A stretch of DNA of 64,000 bases from an uncultured virus (IMG/VR IMGVR_UViG_3300016464_000060). Lineage: Duplodnaviria > Heunggongvirae > Uroviricota > Caudoviricetes. This document shows, one piece after another, positions 29,019 through 36,985 of the stretch (position 1 is its first letter; every line of letters begins with the position of its first letter). A program made the position numbers and the translations under genes. Below the pieces are notes generated by a model. That model had not been told where the DNA came from. It saw only the letters and a list, made by a program, of their open reading frames with translations, and did no database searches. The stretch lies in the IMG/VR virus record IMGVR_UViG_3300016464_000060, positions 1 through 64,000 of that record; one strand, given 5' to 3'.

Positions 29019-29435
29019 GACAAGCATTAGAAATGGCACTTGAGGCGTTGGAACGTAGTGTTGCGACTTGTTTTGACCAGCGTTCACATGATGAAGTAAT
29101 GGGCAGACCAGAGCATTTTGTAAACCGAGCCATCACCGCCATCAAAGAAGCATTAGCACAACCAGAGCAAGAGCCTGTGGCGTTCTACGTTTACAAGCCT
29201 ACGTTACCTCGAGGACATCTTGGGAATGTCTCAGACGGTGACTTGCCTTGGGTGTATGACCAAGACCCATCATCAGGATATTCGGCAAGGATGCTTGTCT
29301 ACACCACCCCACCACAGCGCNNTTGGGCTGACGGATGAGGATAAACAAACCGCTTTTGATGCTACTCAAGAAGGCGGTGGCTTTTGGGAATTCGCTGATG
29401 CAATCGAAGCCAAACTCAAGGAGAAGAACACATGA
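29015..29435 (+). CDS. Modular hypothetical protein broken by an assembly ambiguity
   Basis: ALAQPEQEPVA...YTTPPQR[nn]GLTDEDK...AIEAKLKEKNT; frame change sits at 'nn' 29321-29322. Confidence 0.6.
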
Positions 29436-30427
29436 GAGAAATGAGGGAGGTGCGATTTTTTACCGATGACTACGGGAATCTTTGGAGACACGTAGAAACA
29501 GACACTGTTAGATTTTGGTTCGAAGCACCAAACAGAAGGATACATGCCTTACTTATGTTGTGGGAGGGCTACGACGATTGGGGCAGTTTGAAGCCAAACT
29601 TAACTGTTTTAGAGAGGGGCTACGCATGAACCCGCAGTGGACTGACCTACCCACAATAACAATCCTAGACATCTACCAAGAAGTTTTAAAAGAATGGCGC
29701 GGTGGGCATCAGGTCAACGGACAGATAGCATTTGCCAGAGCCATTGAAGCCAATATTAAAGGAGTTAAACACATGATTAGAAAACCAGTAGGACTGACTG
29801 CGCCATACAGGGCAGAAGATGACGATGACATTCAAGATTACAAAAAGCCTTGGGTTGGGCTGACGGATAAAGAAATTGATGCGGGGTTGTTGCGTACTAA
29901 CTATTCGATGCAGACTGCTGGGGCATGGCGAGATGGTGTTGAGTGGGCAATGAAACAATTAAAGGAGAAGAACAATGCATGATGTATTTGTATTTATAGC
30001 TGGCATGTTGATGCCGATGGTCATAGGTGTGGTCGTGGAAGCCTGCGACTGGATTAAATCTAAGATAAGGAGAGACATAGATGCTTGAAACAATTGCATG
30101 GTCGGTTTTGTTGATGGGGCTAGGCGCACTCATAGTCGTGCTAGTGGGCGTGGCAATCATTTGGGTTAGCAAGGAAGATATATGAAAAAAGAAGAAATGG
30201 TTGCGCTACTGCGTAGCGTCAACTGCGACGAGAACACAGTGACTGCCATGACCAATGCTTACGAGATGGGGTTTGAGCATGGGGCGAGTGTTTACAAACA
30301 GTTAGGCGCTGCGATTGAGGATGCTACAGATGTATGCAAAGCGGTTGACCAAGGCGACATAGCAGGCGCTAAGACCGCAAGCCAATACTTCTGGGACACA
30401 CTTGGCAAAGTAAGGGATATGGAATGA
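29432..30427 (+). CDS. Small hypothetical genes (29432-29629, 29626-29982, 30182-30427)
   Basis: Coupled starts; 29626-29982 repeats the WVGLTD...LKEKN module. Confidence 0.55.
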
Positions 30428-30939
30428 ACAAACAGCTATTGATCGGGTGCGGGTCACTCAAGAACAAACGCCTATCTCTTGACGGGACGAACCAATGGGA
30501 AGACCTGACAACGCTTGACTACAACCCTGACCACAGACCTGATGTGGTGTGGAATTTGATGGAGTTTCCACTGCCGTTTGAGGACAACACTTTTGATGAG
30601 GTGCATGCCTACGAGGTACTGGAGCACACAGGTGCACAAGGAGACTACAAGTTTTTCTTTGCGCAGTTCTCTGAGTTCTGGCGCATCTTGCGTCCTAACG
30701 GACACATGCTAGTGACTTGCCCCTCACGCCATTCAGCATGGGCATGGGGTGACCCGAGCCACACGCGGGTACTACAGCAAGAGCACTTGATCTTCTTGAG
30801 CCAAGCAGAGTACAGCAAGCAGATAGGTAAGACATCTATGTCTGACTTCAGAAACATATACAAGGCCGACTTCCATACCTTGTGGGTACAGGAGGACGAG
30901 AACGCTTTGAACTTCATCATCAAGGCAATCAAGCCATGA
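30424..30939 (+). CDS. Class I SAM-dependent methyltransferase-like protein
   Basis: LLIGCG, LPFEDNTFDEV, EVLEH, EFWRILRPNG, DPSH. Confidence 0.8.
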   Translation: MNKQLLIGCGSLKNKRLSLDGTNQWEDLTTLDYNPDHRPDVVWNLMEFPLPFEDNTFDEVHAYEVLEHTGAQGDYKFFFAQFSEFWRILRPNGHMLVTCPSRHSAWAWGDPSHTRVLQQEHLIFLSQAEYSKQIGKTSMSDFRNIYKADFHTLWVQEDENALNFIIKAIKP

Positions 30940-31181
30940 AATGCCCCGTGTGCGGCGCATGGACGCTAGTTAAACAAACAACTAAATCACCCACATTTGG
31001 GTATACAAGGAGAAGAGAATGTGCAAATGAACACCGATTCACAACCAAAGAAGTCGTCATCCCGCAAGAGGCCATTGACGAAGAACGCAGAGTTAATCTT
31101 GCGAATAACCTCGAACGACTGGAATCCATTCGAGCGAGCAGACCCAAGCGTGTTAGAAAAAGTAATGCGCGAATCTACTAA
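30936..31181 (+). CDS. Zn-ribbon protein (NrdR N-terminal-like)
   Basis: MKCPVCG...RRRECANEHRFTTKE. Confidence 0.7.
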   Translation: MKCPVCGAWTLVKQTTKSPTFGYTRRRECANEHRFTTKEVVIPQEAIDEERRVNLANNLERLESIRASRPKRVRKSNARIY

Positions 31182-31272
31182 ACAACGCATTCATCAAATG
31201 CAGGAGGCCACATGGTAAATAAATAACCTACGCTACAACCACAAACAATTTTTTAAATAACAGGAGAAGTAA

Positions 31273-31938
31273 ATGGTTACCACCACTAAAGAAGAAACAG
31301 GCGTTATCTCTGCACCGAAGTTCGGTACAGTTAAATTCATCATTGAGGGCACAGCCCCTTTGGTTGTTGAACGCTTTAGTAAGAAAGCAGAGTTGATGGC
31401 TAAGATGGCAGAAGGTCCATCCGCCAAGAACAAGAAGAACCGCGAAGCGCGCGACTACGACAAAGAAGCAGAGGAAGCACGCTACAGAAGCCCCGAGAAA
31501 TGGGAAGGTATGAACGCTGCAGCCTTTCGTGCGGCCATGATCAGTGCGTGTCGTCTGGTCGGATTCAAGATGACGCTGGCTAAACTATCCACGTTCGTCG
31601 AAGCCGATGGCTTTGATGTAAATGATGGCGTCCCTCTTGTGCGTATTTATGGGCAAAGCCATACTTACACAGCACATACAAGAAACGCTACTGGCGTGGT
31701 GGATGTGCGCTCGCGTCCTATGTATCGCAACTGGGCGGCTTGCCTGTCTGTGCGCTACGACATGGATCAGTTCAAGATGTCAGATGTACTCAACCTCGTA
31801 GCGCGTTGCGGTATGCAGGTTGGTATTGGGGCAGGCCGACCCGACAGCAAAGCAAGTGCTGGTTGTGGCTTTGGTCTTTTTAGAGTTGTGCCTACTGAAC
31901 AAGCGAAAGGAGTGATGAAGAAGTACGGCATTAAATAA
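31273..31938 (+). CDS. Stand-alone RAMP/Cas7-like protein
   Basis: 221 aa; first strand FIIEGTAPL, helix AAAFRAAMISA (cf. RAMP PxSSxKGxxR), RPMYRNW, C-terminal Gly-rich loop GIGAGRP...GCGFGLF. Confidence 0.65.
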   Translation: MVTTTKEETGVISAPKFGTVKFIIEGTAPLVVERFSKKAELMAKMAEGPSAKNKKNREARDYDKEAEEARYRSPEKWEGMNAAAFRAAMISACRLVGFKMTLAKLSTFVEADGFDVNDGVPLVRIYGQSHTYTAHTRNATGVVDVRSRPMYRNWAACLSVRYDMDQFKMSDVLNLVARCGMQVGIGAGRPDSKASAGCGFGLFRVVPTEQAKGVMKKYGIK

Positions 31939-31939
31939 C

Positions 31940-32339
31940 CACCGCAGGCATGTCTAGGCGCAGATCGGCGCGGTCAGGCTCGGCTTGGCAAGGTGTGGTA
32001 AAGCACGGCAGGCGTAGCGGGGTGAGGCGTGGATAGGACGGGCAAAGAACGGTCAGGCAAAGCACGGCAGGCGGGGCGGCGCAAGGCGAGGCGAGTTCTG
32101 GTTTGGTTGGGCAATGCACGGCAGGCGTGGCTAGGCTGGGCTTGGTTCGGCGCAGAGTGGCGCAGTGAGGCAAGGCAGGCGGGGCGGGGCGCCGTTCGGT
32201 ACGGAGGGTTCCGTTAAGGTACAGCAAGGCAGGCTAGGTGAGTCCGAGATAGGTGTGGCATGGCAAGGCAGGTATGGCCCGGCGTGGCTCGGAATGGTGC
32301 GGCAGATCACGGTACGGCAAGGCACAGCACCGCAGGCAT
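31940..32339 (+). repeat. Non-coding (GGY-NN)n pentamer array in 7 units, candidate guide-RNA array
   Basis: 72 pentamers, 49 starting GGY; units at 31947, 32011, 32070, 32124, 32178, 32232, 32271; flanked by direct repeat CACCGCAGGCAT. Confidence 0.9.
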
Positions 32340-32357
32340 TTTTTAACAGGAGAAACA

Positions 32358-32822
32358 ATGAGTTATGAATTAGAAAGAACAGTGTTAACAACCATCGCTA
32401 AACAAAACGATGGCATCTTGCAAGTAGATGATGTGCTTGCAGAGGCAAGCAACGAGGACAGCCCATTACATAAACATTTTGAGTGGGACGACTCGGTTGC
32501 AGCCGAACAGCACAGACGCTATCAAGCAAGGGTGTTAATTCAGAAGTGTCACATCACGCTAGTAGAAAGCGAGCCTACAAAAATACGGGCGTTCGTTAGT
32601 CTGCAAGCTGATCGTGACGAGGGCGGGGGCTACCGCCTGACAACATCGGTGATGAGTGATGAAGAGTTACGCGAAGAGTTACTGCATGAGATGAGTCTGA
32701 CGATTGCTCGTTGGACGCGTAAGTTGCACCTACTAGATTCGTTGACCACAGAACTTATCTTGCAGTTGGAGAATCAAGTAACCCCCAAGAAAGTTAGTAA
32801 CGTAAGAAGGATAAGCGCATGA
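32358..32822 (+). CDS. Unknown 154-aa protein directly after the array (candidate accessory subunit)
   Basis: Start reassigned to ATG 32358 after CAGGAG; VLAEASNEDSPLHKHFEWDDSVAAEQHRRYQARVLI. Confidence 0.75.
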   Translation: MSYELERTVLTTIAKQNDGILQVDDVLAEASNEDSPLHKHFEWDDSVAAEQHRRYQARVLIQKCHITLVESEPTKIRAFVSLQADRDEGGGYRLTTSVMSDEELREELLHEMSLTIARWTRKLHLLDSLTTELILQLENQVTPKKVSNVRRISA

Positions 32823-33103
32823 TTCCAAACCACGCACAGATTAACCTACGCTTTAACGGCACAAGCGCTGACGACATACAAGTTAGTGGTAACCACTACA
32901 AAGATATGCCCATCCAGCCTTGGCATGTGATGGAGTCGGTGTTAACCCGCGAAGAGTTCATCGGCTTTCTAAAAGGCAATGTGATTAAATATTCCCTCCG
33001 CGCTGGGCGCAAGGAAGGTAGCGATGACGCTGGCAAGGCTCGGCACTACATGCAAAAACTATCGGAGGTAATCAATGGCATCCACACCGGAGAAACGGGT
33101 TAA
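32819..33103 (+). CDS. DUF3310-like protein
   Basis: GNHYKD...GFLKGNVIKY..RAGRK...DAGKARHY. Confidence 0.75.
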   Translation: MIPNHAQINLRFNGTSADDIQVSGNHYKDMPIQPWHVMESVLTREEFIGFLKGNVIKYSLRAGRKEGSDDAGKARHYMQKLSEVINGIHTGETG

Positions 33104-33377
33104 AGAAACCGTTAAAAAAGCACTCGATGCTATGGGCATCTGGCACTTCTCGCCCTTCCAAGCGGGCATGGGGCGTGCCGGTATCCCTGACATCATCGCT
33201 TGCTACAAGGGGTTATTCGTGGCCATCGAGTGCAAGGCCGGTAAGGGGAAGACAACCGCCCTACAAGAGCGGGAGATAGAAGCCATACGCAGAGCCAAGG
33301 GGCTGGCGTTTGTGGTTAATGAAGACAACATGCACAACATAAAGGAATTACTTACATGGAACAAAGACGAACATTAG
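33075..33377 (+). CDS. VRR-NUC nuclease/resolvase
   Basis: EKRVK...GIPDII...AIECKA...TALQ. Confidence 0.85.
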   Translation: MASTPEKRVKETVKKALDAMGIWHFSPFQAGMGRAGIPDIIACYKGLFVAIECKAGKGKTTALQEREIEAIRRAKGLAFVVNEDNMHNIKELLTWNKDEH

Positions 33378-33652
33378 GACAAAGCAAAGAAGCACTGGAG
33401 TTCATGCTCAAACTCGACAGCCTGTCAGAAGAAAAGCGTAACTACTTACGCACAGTATTTAAAGGCTTGGTTGAGTGCTGCGTAGACGACAAGATGCACG
33501 GGGTCGTGGTACTGGGTCACGAAGATAGCCACGCCAGTATCTACACCATGAACTGCAACGAGATGGAAGCGGCGTTCATACTAAACCAAGTCACGGGCAG
33601 TTTCAACGAGATAAACATGGCCGATGCGCCAGCCAAGGAGATGTTTAATTGA
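33356..33652 (+). CDS. Hypothetical protein
   Basis: 98 aa in operon. Confidence 0.55.
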   Translation: MEQRRTLGQSKEALEFMLKLDSLSEEKRNYLRTVFKGLVECCVDDKMHGVVVLGHEDSHASIYTMNCNEMEAAFILNQVTGSFNEINMADAPAKEMFN

Positions 33653-33790
33653 GAACAGAAACAGGAGAAGTAATAAGCAAGAAAGAAGCGCTTGTGCGCG
33701 AGGCTATGGAGTGCGGGTTCCAACGCTTTGAAGCCGAGGCGTTTTACCACTGCCTACGTAGGTTCAAAGAAAACATAATGAAAGAGAAGC

Positions 33791-35758
33791 ATGAGCAAAC
33801 CATTCGACAAAATAATAACGATTGACTTCGAGACGCGGTGGGCTAAGAAAGACTACACGCTATCGAAGTTAACAACGGAGGAGTACATACGTGATGAACG
33901 ATTCAAGGCATTCGGACTATGCGCCCATGAGTATGGAAGTGATGAACCAATTAGATGGGTTAGTGGAAGAGACTTACCTGAATTCTTTTCTGGAATCGAC
34001 TGGGGACGAACCGCCGTGCTTGCGCATAACGCACAGTTCGATATATCCATCCTCGAGTGGGTCTACGATATACACCCGGCCTTTATCTTCGACACGCTAT
34101 CAATGGCACGCGCTCTACGAGGCGTGGAAGTTGGCAATAGTTTGGCCAGACTTGCAGAGGATTTTGGACTCCCAGCAAAGGGCACCGCTGTTCATTCAAC
34201 TGATGGAGTTCACGAGCTTCACCCCGCGCTCGAGCGAGAACTCGCTGAGTACTGCAAACATGATGTGTTTTTGTGCGAGGAAATATTCAAAAGGTTGGTT
34301 GATGCCTATCCACAGAAGGAACTCAGACTTATAGACATGACCTTGAAGATGTACACGCGCCCCGTGCTTGTACTAGACCCCAACATGTTGACCGACGCCA
34401 TACTAGAAGAGAAGGAGAAGCGTGATGAATTACTACAGAGGCTCGGCGTGGAGGAAACTTCGCTCGCGTCGAATCCAAAGTTTGCAGCCCTACTTGAAGC
34501 GCTTGGGGTGGCTGTCCCGACCAAGACCAGTAAAACTACCGGCAAGCAAACACTTGCTCTGGCAAAGAACGATGCGATGTTCCAAGCGCTCCTCAACGGC
34601 GAACGTGAAGACGTTGCGCTCCTTTGTGAAGCGCGTCTTCGGGTTAAATCTACAACCGAGCGTACCCGTGCTCAACGGTTCCTTGACATTAGCCAACGTG
34701 GCTCCCTACCAGTACCTCTCTCCTACTACGGTGCGGCGACGGGTCGTTGGACGGCGGCAAAAGGCTCGGCGATTAACATGCAAAACCTCAAGCGAGGTTC
34801 ATTCCTACGCAAAGCGGTTATGGCTCCCGAAGGGCAAAGTCTGGTCGTCGGCGACCTCTCGCAAATTGAGCCGCGAGTACTCGCGTGGCTTTCGGATTAC
34901 ACAGAGATGCTTGACATCTTTCGGGCAGGTGGTGACCCTTATGCCGCGTTTGGTGCGCAGATGTTTAACATTCTCGGACTTAGTAAAGAATCGCACCCTG
35001 ATCTACGGCAGTCTGCGAAGAGCGCACTCTTGGGTTGCGGCTACGGCCTTGGCTGGGCATCGTTTGCCTCGCAGTTACTTACGGGCTTCCTTGGTGCTCC
35101 GCCGGTCAGGTACGACATGGCGTTCGCAAAGAAACTCGGCGTTACTAAAGAGGCTGTCGAGCGCTTCATAGAGTGGGACGACAACGTCACCAAAATGCGG
35201 GAGATTCCCCACACATGCACAGAGAAGGAATTACTGATTCACTGCATGGCCGCTAAGCGCATCATCGATATCTACCGCTCGACTGCTACGCCTGTGGTGG
35301 ACTTGTGGAATATGTTCGGTCAGTTGATTGAGACGAGCCTGTATGGGGGTAGGGAATACACCTATAAGTGCCTGACCTTCAAGAAGGAGCAGATCGTTCT
35401 GCCCTCTGGCATGAGCCTGTTGTACCCCAATCTCAAGCGCACCAAGGATGCGCAAGGCAGAGCCCAGTGGACATACGGTGAAGATTCGACTAAACTGTAC
35501 GCAGGCAAGATAACAAACAACGTCACGCAGGGCGTAGCAAGATGCGTGATGACAGACGGGATGCTCCGCGTAGCAAAGAGATATCCAGTCAAAGGCACAG
35601 TGCATGACGAGTTAATCGCCGTTGTGCCAGATGCAGAGGTGGATGACGCTAAGACTTGGGTCTTGGCGCAAATGACTATGGAGCCACGGTACATGCCGGG
35701 GATTCCATTAGAGGCTGACGGTGGCGCACACCGTCGTTATGGGTTAGCAAAAAATTAG
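33791..35758 (+). CDS. DNA polymerase family A with 3'-5' exonuclease
   Basis: IDFET, AHNAQFD, YCKHD, ATGRW, NMQN, DLSQIEPR, RQSAKSALLGCGYG, TVHDE. Confidence 0.95.
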   Translation: MSKPFDKIITIDFETRWAKKDYTLSKLTTEEYIRDERFKAFGLCAHEYGSDEPIRWVSGRDLPEFFSGIDWGRTAVLAHNAQFDISILEWVYDIHPAFIFDTLSMARALRGVEVGNSLARLAEDFGLPAKGTAVHSTDGVHELHPALERELAEYCKHDVFLCEEIFKRLVDAYPQKELRLIDMTLKMYTRPVLVLDPNMLTDAILEEKEKRDELLQRLGVEETSLASNPKFAALLEALGVAVPTKTSKTTGKQTLALAKNDAMFQALLNGEREDVALLCEARLRVKSTTERTRAQRFLDISQRGSLPVPLSYYGAATGRWTAAKGSAINMQNLKRGSFLRKAVMAPEGQSLVVGDLSQIEPRVLAWLSDYTEMLDIFRAGGDPYAAFGAQMFNILGLSKESHPDLRQSAKSALLGCGYGLGWASFASQLLTGFLGAPPVRYDMAFAKKLGVTKEAVERFIEWDDNVTKMREIPHTCTEKELLIHCMAAKRIIDIYRSTATPVVDLWNMFGQLIETSLYGGREYTYKCLTFKKEQIVLPSGMSLLYPNLKRTKDAQGRAQWTYGEDSTKLYAGKITNNVTQGVARCVMTDGMLRVAKRYPVKGTVHDELIAVVPDAEVDDAKTWVLAQMTMEPRYMPGIPLEADGGAHRRYGLAKN

Positions 35759-35765
35759 GAGAAGC

Positions 35766-36071
35766 ATGCAACTACCAAAGAAAATTAGAGTTGGTAACAA
35801 GTGGTACAGCGTCGAGGTTGTCGAAGCTATGGTCGAGAAAGGTTACATGGGCAAGGTTTATTACCCTGAACAGAAGATCAAAATCGGCTTAACAAGCACA
35901 CAGACAGGCAAGAAGTTTGCAACCACGGATGTTAACGATACGTTCTGGCACGAGTTAGTCCACGCAATACTCAACGACATGGGGTATGACACCTTAAACC
36001 GCAACGAGCGTTTCGTAACTGGCTTTGCCAAGCGATTAAACAAAGCAATAGAGACAGCGAGATTTGAATGA
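35766..36071 (+). CDS. Small HExxH metallopeptidase-like protein
   Basis: TFWHELVHAIL...ERFV. Confidence 0.65.
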   Translation: MQLPKKIRVGNKWYSVEVVEAMVEKGYMGKVYYPEQKIKIGLTSTQTGKKFATTDVNDTFWHELVHAILNDMGYDTLNRNERFVTGFAKRLNKAIETARFE

Positions 36072-36733
36072 CTAAAGTTGTTTGGAGCCACAGCTCCCTT
36101 AAAGACTACGAGGGCTGCGCCCGCCGTTACCACGAGGTAAAGATTCTCAAGAAGTACCCCTTCAAAGAAACCGAAGCCGTGCTATATGGCAAGGAGTTGC
36201 ACAAGGCAGCCGAAGATTATGTTGGTAAAGGCGAGCCGTTGCCCGAACAGTTTGAGTTCATCAAGGACACGCTGGACGCACTGATGGCCAAGCCCGGTCG
36301 CAAGTTAGTTGAGTATCAGATGGCGCTCACCGAAGACCTACAGCCTACCGGCTGGTTCGACAAAAACGTATGGGTGCGAGGTGTGGCTGACTTGTTGATA
36401 GTGGACGACGACAACCTGACCGCATGGGTGGTTGACTACAAGACGGGCAACAACAAGTACCCTGATCGAGAACAACTTAAACTTATGTCGCTCATGGTGT
36501 TCGCCAACTTCCCACACATTCGCGAAGTTAAGTCAGCACTGCTCTTTGTGGTCAAGAATGATATGGTCAAGCACACAATGACAGTAGACGAAGCCGACCC
36601 TGAGTGGTGGAAATACCGTGAGCGAGTCGGACGCATAGCGGCCTCGATGGACGCTGATGTATGGAACCCAAACCGCACCCCGCTATGCGGATGGTGCCCA
36701 GTCAAATCATGCGAATTTCACAAGGAGCACTAG
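36068..36733 (+). CDS. PD-(D/E)XK exonuclease (RecB/Cas4-like)
   Basis: WSHSSL..YEGC, RGVADL, VVDYKTG, QLKL, LCGWCPVKSC. Confidence 0.85.
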   Translation: MTKVVWSHSSLKDYEGCARRYHEVKILKKYPFKETEAVLYGKELHKAAEDYVGKGEPLPEQFEFIKDTLDALMAKPGRKLVEYQMALTEDLQPTGWFDKNVWVRGVADLLIVDDDNLTAWVVDYKTGNNKYPDREQLKLMSLMVFANFPHIREVKSALLFVVKNDMVKHTMTVDEADPEWWKYRERVGRIAASMDADVWNPNRTPLCGWCPVKSCEFHKEH

Positions 36734-36734
36734 C

Positions 36735-36971
36735 ATGACGCAAGTAAATGGCAAACGCGATTACAAGCACGCATACAAACTGCAGAAAAAATCTGGCGAA
36801 ACAAAAGACCAGCTTGAACGACAAAAAGCACGGCAGTTATATGACCGCAAGGGTATCAACAGATCAGGCAAAGACATTGATCACATCACACCGCTACGCA
36901 AGGGCGGTAAGACAAAACCCGGCAATCTAAGACTGCGTAATAAAAGCGCCAACCAAGGCGATAACAAATAA
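36735..36971 (+). CDS. Small HNH-like protein
   Basis: GKDIDHITPLRKGG...NLR...N; start reassigned to MTQVNG. Confidence 0.7.
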   Translation: MTQVNGKRDYKHAYKLQKKSGETKDQLERQKARQLYDRKGINRSGKDIDHITPLRKGGKTKPGNLRLRNKSANQGDNK

Positions 36972-36985
36972 CATCAGAGAAGCAA

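Noticed and set aside
31940..32339. Array as a canonical CRISPR
   Set aside because: No 23-50-bp repeats with unique spacers; constant and variable bases alternate every 5 nt; no cas1/cas2 seen.
31931..32391. ORFs 31931-32227, 32029-32217, 32131-32391, 32165-32368 and the 5' extension of 32253-32822
   Set aside because: Low-complexity translations of the 5-nt repeat without convincing RBSs; a 5-nt period does not fit codon structure.
36068..36733. Cas4-like nuclease as an adaptation module for the array
   Set aside because: It sits in the ordinary polymerase-helicase block, where such exonucleases are common, almost 4 kb from the array.
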